Assembly: GCA_050633305.1 (NCBI GenBank)
Contig: JBOEGF010000015.1
Coordinates: forward strand, 189,487 to 253,486
Direction of reading: 5' to 3'
Source: Nannocystales bacterium
GTDB taxonomy: Bacteria; Myxococcota_A; Polyangia; Nannocystales; Nannocystaceae
DNA: 64,000 nt
Shown piece after piece: positions 9,833 to 19,644 of this stretch; positions within the stretch are counted from its first letter, which is position 1; every line of letters starts with the position of its first letter. A program made the translations under genes and the position numbers. The notes below the pieces were generated by a model that worked only from the letters and a program-made list of their open reading frames with translations, did not search any database and was not told where the DNA came from.

Positions 9833-10675
9833 GTGGAAGAAGAAGAATGCGTATGCGAAGACAACAGCGGTGGCGAGTGGATGGCGACGTTTGCCGACCT
9901 CTCCATGCTGTTGCTGACCTTCTTCGTGCTTCTGCTCTCCTTCTCGAACATGGACGTGAAGCAGTTCCGAGAGATGCTCGGATCGGTTCAGGACGCGTTC
10001 GGTGTGCAGAAACAGATCGCCGGGTCGGTCGAGGCCATCGCTTCGTCGCCCGTCGAGCTGTCGATGGACCAAAACGACGGGGCAGGCTTCGCCTCGAAGC
10101 CGGGTGAACAAGCCACCGATCCGAACGCGGAGATGATGGCGAAAATCTCGCAGTACGTGGAGAACCAAGACCTCGAGGACGACGTCGAGATTTTCTCGAG
10201 CCCGAAGGGCGTGGTCGTCCGCGTCAAAGACGGAGCGCTCTACGGGTCAGGCAGCGCCGAGCTGGACGAGAACGCCAAGAAGGTTCTGGACAAGATTTCG
10301 GGGATCCACGGCAAGTTTGCCGACAGCATCCAGATCGAGGGCCATACAGACAACAGCCCGATGCGCTCGAAGAAGTACCCGTCGAACTGGGAGCTCTCCA
10401 CAGCCCGGGCCATTGCAGCGATGCACTACATGAGCGAGGAGGGCGGAATCGATGCCGGGAAGATCGGCGTCGCCGGGTACGCTGACTCGAAGCCGCTCGT
10501 GCCGAACGATACGGCCGAAGGCAGAAACAAGAACCGTCGCGTGGAGTTTGTGTTCTCCGCGAACGGCAAGAAGACCACGGTCACCGCGAACGACCAAGGC
10601 GTCACGGAGACCGAGTCATCCGACGATGACCCCGAGGGGCGGGCGTTCGCTCTCCCGATGAGTGCGTCCAAATGA
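9833..10675 (+). CDS. motB: Flagellar stator B subunit, PomB-like
   Basis: WMATFADLSMLLLTFFVLL TM with conserved Asp; OmpA-like GHTD, NWELS and NRRVE motifs. Confidence 0.92.
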   Translation: MEEEECVCEDNSGGEWMATFADLSMLLLTFFVLLLSFSNMDVKQFREMLGSVQDAFGVQKQIAGSVEAIASSPVELSMDQNDGAGFASKPGEQATDPNAEMMAKISQYVENQDLEDDVEIFSSPKGVVVRVKDGALYGSGSAELDENAKKVLDKISGIHGKFADSIQIEGHTDNSPMRSKKYPSNWELSTARAIAAMHYMSEEGGIDAGKIGVAGYADSKPLVPNDTAEGRNKNRRVEFVFSANGKKTTVTANDQGVTETESSDDDPEGRAFALPMSASK

Positions 10676-10732
10676 GAACCATCCCTACATCAACGACGTT
10701 CGGTGCCGCTGATGGAGGGCGGTCCTAGGCGC

Positions 10733-11554
10733 TTACAGGAGTGACAGCGCCATCGACGGGAGCTGGTTGGCTTGAGCCAACATCGCCGTACCCGCCTGCG
10801 ACATGATCTGGTTTCGGGTCAGCGCTGCGGTTTCACGCGCCACGTCGACGTCACGGATTCGCGAGTTCGCAGAGGTGAGGTTTTCTTCCTCGGTGCGAAG
10901 GTTCTGCACCGTGATCTCGAGGCGGTTCTGAGACGCACCCAGACCTGCGCGAGACGTCGACAGGGCGTCGATGGCTGTGTCGATGGTGCCCAGGGCCGTG
11001 GAGGCGCCTGCAGCCGTCGAGAGGTCCATGGCGTTGACACCCAGGGTGGTGGTGTCGGTCGCCGTGAACGCGACGTCGATCGTGTCGTTTGCGGTCGCAT
11101 CCTTACCCACCTGCATTGAGAACGTGCCGGCATCGCCGCCGAGCATGTTGAAGCCGTTGAACTCGCTGGCCTGCGAGATTCGCTGAACCTCGGCGACGAG
11201 CTGGTCATGCTCGGTGTCGATGAAGGCTCGCTCGTTGTCCGAGATAGCACCGTTGGCACTCTGCACCGCAAGCTCGCGGAGGCGGCCCATGATGTTTTGC
11301 TGCTCGTTCATCGCGCCTTCTGCGATCTGAATCATGGAGACGCCGTCGTTCGCGTTTCTCTCGGCCTGCCCGATACTGCGGATATCTGCTGTCATTCGTG
11401 AGGAGATTGCGAGGCCTGCGGCGTCGTCCGCGGCGCTGTTGATACGCATGCCGGAGCTCAGTCGAGTGATCGACTTTCCTAGCGCTCCTTGCGTCGCGGT
11501 GAGGTTGCGTTGCGCGCCCAAGGACGTCGCGTTGCTGATCATCGAAAAGGACAT
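10733..11554 (-). CDS. fliC: Flagellin 1 (273 aa, essentially D0/D1 only)
   Basis: RLSSGMRINSAADDAAG, RLRELAVQ, SRIRDVDVARE, QANQLP. Confidence 0.96.
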   Translation of the reverse strand: MSFSMISNATSLGAQRNLTATQGALGKSITRLSSGMRINSAADDAAGLAISSRMTADIRSIGQAERNANDGVSMIQIAEGAMNEQQNIMGRLRELAVQSANGAISDNERAFIDTEHDQLVAEVQRISQASEFNGFNMLGGDAGTFSMQVGKDATANDTIDVAFTATDTTTLGVNAMDLSTAAGASTALGTIDTAIDALSTSRAGLGASQNRLEITVQNLRTEEENLTSANSRIRDVDVARETAALTRNQIMSQAGTAMLAQANQLPSMALSLL

Positions 11555-11618
11555 GGTTTCTTCTTTCTGGGATGGGAGTGGGGTTGGGAATGGGCACCGA
11601 GGCGCCCTGTCGTTGATC

Positions 11619-11645
11619 CAATCGGCGAGAGGCTGGCCGCCTTTA
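11619..11645 (-). promoter_or_regulatory. Sigma28 promoter of flagellin 1
   Basis: TAAA-N15-GCCGATTG on the minus strand, about 65 nt upstream of the ATG. Confidence 0.85.
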
Positions 11646-11731
11646 GGGCCCGTCATGCCCGGCAATGGCCAACGCGGGACCTTGAGTCCCGAAGCGAGAC
11701 GGCAGGGCGCGCGCGGCTGTACCAAACCCCA

Positions 11732-11770
11732 GAAACAGAAAAACCCGGTGCCTCGAGAGGACACCGGGTT
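11732..11770 (-). terminator. Rho-independent terminator ending the flgB...flgE-LysM/MepA operon
   Basis: Minus-strand hairpin AACCCGGTG...CACCGGGTT followed by a T-rich tract. Confidence 0.8.
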
Positions 11771-11792
11771 CGGTTGAAGTGCGATTGTGGGC

Positions 11793-12791
11793 TCAGCGGG
11801 CGCGGACTGAACGGCAGTCCGTTTCGTCGATCCCACAACGAATTCGTATGTGGAGGTGGGCGTTGTGGCCCTTGGAGTGCGAGATCACCCGACCTATGCG
11901 GCCAAGCTCAGCGGGCGTCGCACCCATGTCCTTGGCCGCGGCGCGCAACATGCCGTGCAAGCGGCGGCTGAGGAAGATGACCTCGACGTCTCCGGTGTCG
12001 ATGAACGCACTGATGAGCGCCCACGTCGCGTGCCAGTCGGTCTGTGCGTGGTTGGGGTGGGCCCCGCTGCGGTCCAGCCGCGGCAAGCGAACGTCCAGGT
12101 CGCGACCCGATTGGTGCGACTTGTGGGGTGGAAAATGTCCGCCCTCAGCCTTGCTCATCGAGCCGATGGTCAACGTGCCATCCCAGCCGGTGTTGCGGCG
12201 GAAGTCCCCGATCGCCGTCACGACGACCGACACCGCATGGGTGCTGCCGTACGCCAGCTCGGGCTTCCAGATGTCGAACAGCTCGGTCTGCGGCAACGGG
12301 ATGCCGTTGACGAGCGTGCCGTCGTTCGGGCTGCCCGTGCTGAGGCCACCAAGCTGGAGATCCACGGCGGGAGCCACCTCGCCCTCGCGGCCTTCGTAGG
12401 GGTTCCAGCCAGATGACCCCAGGGGGCGAGGCACCACGACCCGCGTTCCGGGCGCGGCGCTCTTGGTGAGCTGCGTGCGCAGCTTGGCCGCGGGAACATC
12501 GAGCGAGCGCGCGATGCCTTCGACCGTGTCGCCTTCCTGCACGAAGTACACCGCGTTCATGCGCATGACGGGCCGAGCCTTGGCGCGGACCTGCATGACC
12601 CGCCCGGGCTTGATGCGACCGCTGCCGCTCCCCACCCAGGGGTTCCACTGCCGCACCTGAGCCTCCGATACACCCCAGCGCTTTGCGACCTTGGCGACGG
12701 TGTCTCCGCGTTCGACCTTGTGGGTCATCCAGCGGCCCTCGGCCTTGGGTGCCGCGAGCAGCGCGGCGGTGATCAGAAGTTGGTGCAGCAT
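11793..12791 (-). CDS. LysM-domain, MepA-like (penicillin-insensitive) murein endopeptidase
   Basis: Signal peptide, two LysM-like repeats (HKVERGDTV, YFVQEGDTV), GGHFPPHKSHQSGRDLD and HNAHLHIR Zn-site motifs. Confidence 0.85.
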   Translation of the reverse strand: MLHQLLITAALLAAPKAEGRWMTHKVERGDTVAKVAKRWGVSEAQVRQWNPWVGSGSGRIKPGRVMQVRAKARPVMRMNAVYFVQEGDTVEGIARSLDVPAAKLRTQLTKSAAPGTRVVVPRPLGSSGWNPYEGREGEVAPAVDLQLGGLSTGSPNDGTLVNGIPLPQTELFDIWKPELAYGSTHAVSVVVTAIGDFRRNTGWDGTLTIGSMSKAEGGHFPPHKSHQSGRDLDVRLPRLDRSGAHPNHAQTDWHATWALISAFIDTGDVEVIFLSRRLHGMLRAAAKDMGATPAELGRIGRVISHSKGHNAHLHIRIRCGIDETDCRSVRAR

Positions 12792-12798
12792 CAGGGTT

Positions 12799-14082
12799 CT
12801 ATCGCTTCAGGTTGTTCACTTCGGTGAGCATCTCGTCCGCAGTACTGATCGTGCGGGAGTTGGCTTGGAAGGCCCGCTGGTAGGCGATGAGCGTGACGAG
12901 CTCCTCCCCGAGGTCGACGTTGGAGCCCTCGAGGGCGCCCGAAGCGATGGAGCCGCGTCCCGACGTGCCGGCTTCGCCCAAGAGTGCTTGTCCGGAGTCT
13001 CGGGATGCGCTCCACAACTGGTCGCCTTCGCGGCGCAGGTTCTCCGGGGCGCGGAAGGTCGCGAGGGCGAGCTTGGCCAGCGGTTCGGTCTCGCCGTTGG
13101 AGTACAGCCCCGATACGGTGCCGTCCTCGGCGGTGATCACGTCGATCAAGTCTCCAGGTTCGCGCCCGTTTTGGTCGAAGGACTCCACGGCGGAGGCTCC
13201 AGCCACCATGCTCGAACCCGTGCCGGTGCCACCGTCGGTGGTGATCGCGTCGCCGAAGTCGAACTGAATCGCCTGCCCGGCGGTGGCGCCCAGGAAGTCT
13301 GCGGACGAGCCGTTCAACGTCTCGGTATCGAGGTTGCCGTCGGTGTCAAAACCGAGCGTTCCGTCGGCGATCTCCGTGAGGACCCCGGGGGTGCCGCCGT
13401 TGAGCTCGTCGCCCATCACCATCGCGTGCCATTCGAAGGCGCCGCCGCCGTTGTTCGTGAAGAACATCTGCACGTCATGCGCGTTGCCGAGCGAGTCGTA
13501 GACCGTCGCGCTGGTCTGGTAGTCCGACGTGTTCACGGGGTCGAGGGGGTCGAACGCGACGCCCGGGGTGTCGTCGGTGGGGCTGAGGTTGAGGTCCATG
13601 TTGGCGGTGGTCGTCGCGACCGGAGGCGACTGACCGCTGATCTCGATGTCCCCCACGCCGCCGGTGGGGTCGCCGTTCGCGTCGACCTGGTAGCCCTGCA
13701 CGCGAAGGCCGTCCTGGTTCACCATCATGCCCTCGTTGTTGAGGCTGAACCGACCGTTGCGGGTGTAGTAGCTGCCCTCGATGCCGTCGTTCTCGCCGAC
13801 GACCTCGAAGAATCCACCGCCTTGAATCGCGTAGTCGAGGCTGCCGCCGCTTTGAAGGAAGCTACCCTGCCCAAATCCCTGCGACACACTCCCCATCGTC
13901 ACGCCAGCACCGAGGTTCTGGCCCCCGTTGGTGCGCCGACCCAAGACGTCGTTGAAGTTGGCCGAACCGGACTTGAAGCCCACGGTCGAGACGTTTGCGA
14001 TGTTGTCACCGACGACGTTGATCGCGTCGCCGTGCGCGGTGAGGCCGCTGCGGCCCGTGTATAGAGAACTCCAGATGGACAT
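12799..14082 (-). CDS. flgE: Flagellar hook protein
   Basis: NIANVSTVGFK, YTRNGRF, VYDSLG, LEGSNVDL...YQRAFQAN. Confidence 0.95.
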   Translation of the reverse strand: MSIWSSLYTGRSGLTAHGDAINVVGDNIANVSTVGFKSGSANFNDVLGRRTNGGQNLGAGVTMGSVSQGFGQGSFLQSGGSLDYAIQGGGFFEVVGENDGIEGSYYTRNGRFSLNNEGMMVNQDGLRVQGYQVDANGDPTGGVGDIEISGQSPPVATTTANMDLNLSPTDDTPGVAFDPLDPVNTSDYQTSATVYDSLGNAHDVQMFFTNNGGGAFEWHAMVMGDELNGGTPGVLTEIADGTLGFDTDGNLDTETLNGSSADFLGATAGQAIQFDFGDAITTDGGTGTGSSMVAGASAVESFDQNGREPGDLIDVITAEDGTVSGLYSNGETEPLAKLALATFRAPENLRREGDQLWSASRDSGQALLGEAGTSGRGSIASGALEGSNVDLGEELVTLIAYQRAFQANSRTISTADEMLTEVNNLKR

Positions 14083-14115
14083 GGTCTTGTGACTCCTTGC
14101 TGTTTGGGGGGAGGG

Positions 14116-14796
14116 TTAGGCGTCCGGTTCGGAGACCGCGGTCAGAGAGAGAATCGAGCCGGGATCGAGCAGCAAAGAGCCGAATCCGAACATCGTGGCG
14201 CCGTCGTCAGTGAATTCGACCGAGCTCGCAACGCCAGAGATCGTCGCGCTGGCTCCAACCTCACCCTCGGTCTCGTGGGTTGCGATGATTTCTACGGTGT
14301 AGCTTCCGGGGGGAAGGGGCTCGCCGTTGCGGCCGGTCCCATCCCAACTGAAGGCACTCTCACCTTCTGAGCGTGACTCGAGGTCGATGCGCTTGACCTC
14401 CTCTCCGGTCTCGTCGTGGATCACGACTTCGACCGAGTCGGCAGCCCCGTCGAGGTTGAGCGTCAGGTCCATGGGTCCGCCGTCTTCTTTGAGACGGAAA
14501 CGAGAGAAGTCCGCGTCGATCGATTTTCCAACGAGGTCCATCATCGCTGCGCGCGATGACGACTGCCCGGACGCCTGCAGCCCTTCGAGGCGTTCGTTGG
14601 TCTCGAGGCCGAGTTCGATGTTGGTGAACTGGGCCAGCTGCGCGACGAACTCCGCCCCGTCTTGCGGGTTGAGCGGATCTTGATTCTGCATCTGTGCAAC
14701 GAGGAGCTTGAGAAACTCGTCTTGTTGCGTCTTGTTTTCTTCGGGCAGCTCGGGTGGCGAGTACAGGGGCCCGGTGTTGGTCTGTTCGATCTGCAT
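14116..14796 (-). CDS. flgD: Hook cap/assembly protein
   Basis: FLKLLVAQMQNQDPLNP, QLAQF, WDG. Confidence 0.95.
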   Translation of the reverse strand: MQIEQTNTGPLYSPPELPEENKTQQDEFLKLLVAQMQNQDPLNPQDGAEFVAQLAQFTNIELGLETNERLEGLQASGQSSSRAAMMDLVGKSIDADFSRFRLKEDGGPMDLTLNLDGAADSVEVVIHDETGEEVKRIDLESRSEGESAFSWDGTGRNGEPLPPGSYTVEIIATHETEGEVGASATISGVASSVEFTDDGATMFGFGSLLLDPGSILSLTAVSEPDA

Positions 14797-14815
14797 GACG
14801 TACCTCGTGCGGGGT

Positions 14816-16069
14816 TCAGGCCACGACCCGGAAGCCGGTGGGGATCACCCAGGTCTGGCGTCCGTCGTCCACAAAGCCCAAGTCGCGCTCACCCTGCTCG
14901 GGTGTTGGGACGATGCTCGGTGGCTGGCGCTGTTCGGGGTGCTCGGAGTCGTTGGGTGTGTCCGCGTCGGCGCCGTTGCCACCAAACGAGAGCTCGGTCA
15001 GCTCGAGGTCGTGTCGATCCAGTGCCTCGCGCAGGGCGTCGATGTCTCGCTGAATGGCATCGGTGAACCCGCCGACGGCGGTGGCTTCCACCATCACGTG
15101 TTTGCCGGCCGTGGTGATCGCGAGTTCGATCTGACCGTCTGCGGTGTCCACCGTAATCGCCGCGCGGTTGAGCGCGGTGCGAAGCACCTCCACGTTGCGG
15201 GCGACGGCGCCTTCGGGGTCGGCCGACGTGAACACGTTTCCGTCGGACCCGTACGAGGTCCCGGCGTCGTGTGAGACGGTCGGAACCGCGGAGAGGAAGG
15301 ATGAGGAGTGGTCGGGGCTCGCGGCCGGGCCGTCGAAGTCGGCGATGGGAGCAAAGTTGGCCGAGGCGTCCTCGACGGGGGCTGCGTCATCCTGAACGGT
15401 GAGAGCCATCTCGAACGCGCCGAGGGCATCGTCGAGGTCGACGAGAGGATCGGCATCGGGTTCGAGGGCTTCCCATCCCAGCTCCTGGACCAGAGGGAGT
15501 TCGCCCTCTTCGTCCTGGAACTCCATCTCCAGAGCGGTGGCGAGCATGACCTCCTCGGGAGGGGTCTGAACCAGCTCGGGATCGGGGCCTCGACTTTGTC
15601 CCCACGTGGGTGCGGGGGGCAGCCACGGGTCGTCGGAGTACGCCTGCGAGGACGGCACCGCCGGGGCTTCTTCTGGGGGAGCGTCGCCACCGAGGTCGGC
15701 GAACGTCGGGAAACGAACGAATGTGCCGCGAGTCTGCGCGTAGGGGAGAGTCTGGCGCTTGGCCGTCTCCGCTGGATCCTCGGCCTGTCCTTTCGGGGCG
15801 CGGAGCTTCATCTCAGCGATGACGGTTCCGGTGGGTCCCTTGAGGTCGTCGAGATTTCCGAACTCCGCGGGTGCAGCGTCGTATCGGGACCGCTTGCGCG
15901 GCGCTCGGCGAGCCTCGATGGTCGCCGCGGGCTTGGGTTTCGGTTTGGGCTCGGGCTGCGTCTCTCGGTCGAGGATCTCGGCGAAGCCGCCGCGGGCTTT
16001 CTTGCGGTTGACGTTTCGAGCGCGCGGAAGCACCGCGTCGGTTTTGGCCGCGAAGTTGGTCTTGGTCAT
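14816..16069 (-). CDS. fliK: Divergent hook-length control protein
   Basis: Position between fliJ and flgD; long Pro/acidic disordered region; weak FliK-C-like end (LREALDRHDL). Confidence 0.65.
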   Translation of the reverse strand: MTKTNFAAKTDAVLPRARNVNRKKARGGFAEILDRETQPEPKPKPKPAATIEARRAPRKRSRYDAAPAEFGNLDDLKGPTGTVIAEMKLRAPKGQAEDPAETAKRQTLPYAQTRGTFVRFPTFADLGGDAPPEEAPAVPSSQAYSDDPWLPPAPTWGQSRGPDPELVQTPPEEVMLATALEMEFQDEEGELPLVQELGWEALEPDADPLVDLDDALGAFEMALTVQDDAAPVEDASANFAPIADFDGPAASPDHSSSFLSAVPTVSHDAGTSYGSDGNVFTSADPEGAVARNVEVLRTALNRAAITVDTADGQIELAITTAGKHVMVEATAVGGFTDAIQRDIDALREALDRHDLELTELSFGGNGADADTPNDSEHPEQRQPPSIVPTPEQGERDLGFVDDGRQTWVIPTGFRVVA

Positions 16070-16518
16070 GAGTCCTCACTCTTCTTGAGCACGCTGAGGT
16101 CATCGGTGAGCGACTGCTCGAGTCGCTCCAGTGCGTGGCGTAGGCGTTTGCGATGGGTCAAGACCATCTGTTCGGCGGCGGAGAGGCGTGCATCACTTCC
16201 CCGCAGCGCCTCCACGGCTTGGTCTCGGTCAGCACGCTCGCGGTGGAGCGCCTTGCGTTGTTCTTCTGCGTACGCGGTCCGGTTGTTTCGTTTTTCGAGG
16301 GCGGCTTCGAAACTGGAGATCGAACTCCAGCGGGGCGAGCCTTCGCGAAATTCGGCGTCCTGGTCCTCGATGGCGCTCGTTGCAGCGGCAACCGCCTCGG
16401 TCTGGGCATGCACGCGTTGGTTGGCCTCGGCGACCTCCATCGTGGCCTTGCTCTGCTGGACGAGCCGGAGCCGAACGAGCTTCTTTGCGTTGCGTAGTTG
16501 GCGTCTGTTCTCGCTCAT
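16066..16518 (-). CDS. fliJ: FliJ-like coiled-coil export protein
   Basis: 150-aa coiled coil overlapping the end of fliI. Confidence 0.65.
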   Translation of the reverse strand: MSENRRQLRNAKKLVRLRLVQQSKATMEVAEANQRVHAQTEAVAAATSAIEDQDAEFREGSPRWSSISSFEAALEKRNNRTAYAEEQRKALHRERADRDQAVEALRGSDARLSAAEQMVLTHRKRLRHALERLEQSLTDDLSVLKKSEDS

Positions 16519-17834
16519 CCTTGAGTCCCTTTGCGGCCCAGTGCGTTCGCGAGCCCTTGCAGTGCGGAGGCACGATCAGAGGCTTCCTCGGGCGATTGCG
16601 TGGACCAGCCGTCGAGGCGTTTGCCAAGTGCGAGCACTTCGTCGAACTCGGTGTTTTGTCCCGGCTGGTACGCGCCCAACCGTCGCAAGTCCTCGACTTC
16701 CGAACGTTGGGCAAGAAGCGCTCGTGCGCCACCGGCAAGAGACAGGGCGTCGGGGTGACACACCTGCCGCATGACGCGGGAAGCACTGGGCAGGACGTCG
16801 ACGGCCGGGAAGTGCCCCCGGGCGGCGAGGTCTCGCGAGAGCACGATGTGTCCATCGAGCAACGAGCGGGCCGAGTCGGCCACTGGGTCGGACAGATCGT
16901 CTCCCTCCACCAGAACTGTGTAGAACCCGGTGATCGATCCACCAGACCGAAGAGGGGCCACTCGCTCGAGCAATTGCGGTAGCAGCGCAAAAACCGAGGG
17001 TGGGTACCCCTTCGTGGCGGGCAGTTCTCCGGCCGCGAGTCCGACCTCGCGACGCGCCATGGCGTATCGAGTCAACGAATCGACCACCAGCAGGACGTCT
17101 TTACCCTCGGCGGCAAAAGACTCGGCGATCGTTGTTGCGGCAAGCGCCCCACGTGCACGCTCGAGGGGGGAGCGGTCGGATGTTGCGACCACGAGGACCG
17201 AGCTGTCGAGGTCGAACTCGTGCATGACGTCCGCGACCTCGCACCCACGCTCGCCAATCAGCGCGATCACCTTCACGTCGGCCTTGGCCTGGGTGGCGAT
17301 CTGTCGGATGAGAACCGTCTTGCCCACGCCCGCGCCTGCGAAGAGACCCACTCGCTGTCCGCGTCCGGCCGTGAGCAGGCCGTCGACAACCCGGACGCCA
17401 GTCTCGAATGGCTCTTGAATGGGCCGGCGCTCGTGTGGGGCGGGAGCGGTTCGTTCGAGCGGTAGGAGGTCGGCGGTGTGCGGCCGTGGCCGTCCGTCGA
17501 GCGGCTCGCCGAACGGATCGATCACCCGCCCGATCAGCTCCGGCCCCACGCCCACCATCGCGCCACCGCCACGCACCCGCACTCGGGCTCCGGGCCGAAC
17601 ACCCTCGATGCTCCCGTAGGGCATGAGCAGGCCCGCACCACCGCGAAACCCGACGACCTCGGCGAGTACGGTCCCGTTTTCGACCAGGACGTGGACGAGG
17701 TCACCGACCTGCACCGACGGGAGCTCGGCTTCAAGAATCGTGCCCGAGGCTCGGATGACCCGGCCGTATCGAAGCCCAAGATTCGGGCGCGCTAGCGTAT
17801 CGCGCACCGCCGAGAGTGCGCGTCCGGGGATCAC
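16515..17834 (-). CDS. fliI: Flagellar export ATPase
   Basis: Walker A GAGVGKT, DSLTRYA, GYPPSVF, LDGHIVLSR. Confidence 0.95.
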   Translation of the reverse strand: MIPGRALSAVRDTLARPNLGLRYGRVIRASGTILEAELPSVQVGDLVHVLVENGTVLAEVVGFRGGAGLLMPYGSIEGVRPGARVRVRGGGAMVGVGPELIGRVIDPFGEPLDGRPRPHTADLLPLERTAPAPHERRPIQEPFETGVRVVDGLLTAGRGQRVGLFAGAGVGKTVLIRQIATQAKADVKVIALIGERGCEVADVMHEFDLDSSVLVVATSDRSPLERARGALAATTIAESFAAEGKDVLLVVDSLTRYAMARREVGLAAGELPATKGYPPSVFALLPQLLERVAPLRSGGSITGFYTVLVEGDDLSDPVADSARSLLDGHIVLSRDLAARGHFPAVDVLPSASRVMRQVCHPDALSLAGGARALLAQRSEVEDLRRLGAYQPGQNTEFDEVLALGKRLDGWSTQSPEEASDRASALQGLANALGRKGTQG

Positions 17835-18556
17835 GGTGTGGCCTCGGACGGTTGGGGTTCATCGGTCGCCTCGTCGTTGGGATCGTCTTGGAGCGCCTCG
17901 TCGGATCGAACCGCCGCAGCGAGCTCCTCTCGGAGTGTGGCGATGCGTTCGGTCAGTCGCGCATCGACCACGAGCTGCTCTGCCTCGACGATGAGGTCGC
18001 CGGGCGACATCGCAGGGTCGGGGTCCACGTGCACAAAGGACGCTTCTTGCGTTTCGAGGTGTGTCTTGACGTGTGCCACCTCGCTGGGCGCAACCCGGAC
18101 ACGAATGGGGTGCTCGGATGAAAACTCGACCAAGGCTGTTTCGAGGAGCGAAGTGACCTTGCTTTGGTCCACCTCAAACGCGCGACCGGCCAACGCGTGG
18201 GCGATCTCGACCGCCAACGCGACCGCATCCTTGGCGAGGACCCGACACGCGCGCGCCCGGCTCTGCTCGAGCGTCTGCACAGCGCCGTGGAACTTGGAGC
18301 GCTCCTGTTCGAACGTGGCGCTCTGAGCCGCGTTCTTCGACTGCAGTGCGTCGACCTGACGTTGGGCGGCGTCGAGCAGAACTTGCAGGTCGACCTCGGG
18401 CGACGTGTTGTCGAGCGGGCGAGCCTTGTACGGACGGCCGGCGGTCGGCGTGGACTGTGGCGCTTCCGTTGCGGCTCCTGGAAACCGTGGGGCGGGGGCC
18501 GGCCCAGAGCCAGCCCGAGCCGACTGAGGCGGGGTGAACGGGCGCAGCTTGCTCAC
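17831..18556 (-). CDS. fliH: Flagellar export protein FliH
   Basis: Between fliG and fliI; C-terminal FliH pattern (IRVRVAP, DPAMSPGD, VDAR). Confidence 0.75.
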   Translation of the reverse strand: MSKLRPFTPPQSARAGSGPAPAPRFPGAATEAPQSTPTAGRPYKARPLDNTSPEVDLQVLLDAAQRQVDALQSKNAAQSATFEQERSKFHGAVQTLEQSRARACRVLAKDAVALAVEIAHALAGRAFEVDQSKVTSLLETALVEFSSEHPIRVRVAPSEVAHVKTHLETQEASFVHVDPDPAMSPGDLIVEAEQLVVDARLTERIATLREELAAAVRSDEALQDDPNDEATDEPQPSEATP

Positions 18557-19644
18557 ACCATCTCCTCGCCACCCGCACCGGGCATATTGATCTGCCCGGC
18601 TTCAGAGAGGCGAATGACAACCTCGACGGCGTCGCGCTGCGCCTTCTCGACCTCTGAGAGTTTGGTCGGCGGAAGCAGCGGTAGCTCTTCGACGATCTGT
18701 TTGGCAGCTCGAGAGGAGACCCCGGAGAGGAGGTGGTCGCGCAGCTCGTCGTTGGCGGTCTTGAGGGCGACGAGGATGGTGTCCTTGTCGACCTCTCGCA
18801 TGAGCAGCTGGACTTCCCGGACGCTCAGGCGGGCCAGGTCCTCGAACGTGAACATGGCGTCGCGGATCTGCTGGGCGATGCTCACGCCCTCGTCACCATC
18901 ATCGTCGTCGTCATCGAGGTCGTCATCGTCGTCGTCGTCGAGGTCGAAGTCGTCATCGTCGTCATCCCCGCTCTCGCGTTCCTCGATGCCTTCGAGGATC
19001 GGTTCGCGCAGCTCCGAGGTGATCTCGTTGAGGACCCCGGCGGTGAAGCGAATCGAGTCAAACTCGTTGCGTGTCTCCAAAGACGCGATGCCTCCGGCGG
19101 CTTCCAGTGCGCGGGCGAGCTCTTCGGAGACGATCTCGACTTGCTGCATCGGGACCTCCTCCAGCTCGACGATGCGGCCGATCAGGTCCATGCGTTTCTC
19201 GTTGGGAAGGACCTCCAGCACCTGGGCGGCCTTCTCGGGCGGGAGCTGGGTGAGGAGCACGGCTGCGATCTGTGGGTGCTCGTTGGTGAGCAGCTCGGCG
19301 AGCGTGGGCGCATGGGCACCCCGGAGAGCCTCGAGCGCGGGTGGAACCTCGCGAGGCGGAAGGAACAGCGACTGCGCCCGCTCCTCGCCGACCGCATCGG
19401 TCACCAGTTGGCGCGCATACTCGCCACCTGCGCCCGCACTCAGGGGCAACTTCATCGCACTGCAAAACATACGTGCGACCTCCTCGACCGACTCAGACTT
19501 GACCTTGGGAAGCATCGCCGAGAGTTCGGTCAGCTGACGAAGCTCGTTGTCGTCGAGGTGACGCAAGATCGTCCGAGCGACGACCTGGTCGAGGCTGAGA
19601 ATCAAAGCGGCGGCCCGCTGTTGCTCGGTGAGGGCGTTGTTCAT
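18553..19644 (-). CDS. fliG: C-ring torque protein FliG with poly-Asp insertion
   Basis: AAALILSL, NEHPQIAA, MFTFEDL, SSRAA...EE, EVEKAQ. Confidence 0.92.
   Translation of the reverse strand: MNNALTEQQRAAALILSLDQVVARTILRHLDDNELRQLTELSAMLPKVKSESVEEVARMFCSAMKLPLSAGAGGEYARQLVTDAVGEERAQSLFLPPREVPPALEALRGAHAPTLAELLTNEHPQIAAVLLTQLPPEKAAQVLEVLPNEKRMDLIGRIVELEEVPMQQVEIVSEELARALEAAGGIASLETRNEFDSIRFTAGVLNEITSELREPILEGIEERESGDDDDDDFDLDDDDDDDLDDDDDDGDEGVSIAQQIRDAMFTFEDLARLSVREVQLLMREVDKDTILVALKTANDELRDHLLSGVSSRAAKQIVEELPLLPPTKLSEVEKAQRDAVEVVIRLSEAGQINMPGAGGEEMV

Noticed and set aside
11555..11730. Possible c-di-GMP riboswitch upstream of flagellin 1
   Set aside because: No class I or II consensus recognised; the region is explained by a terminator and a sigma28 promoter.
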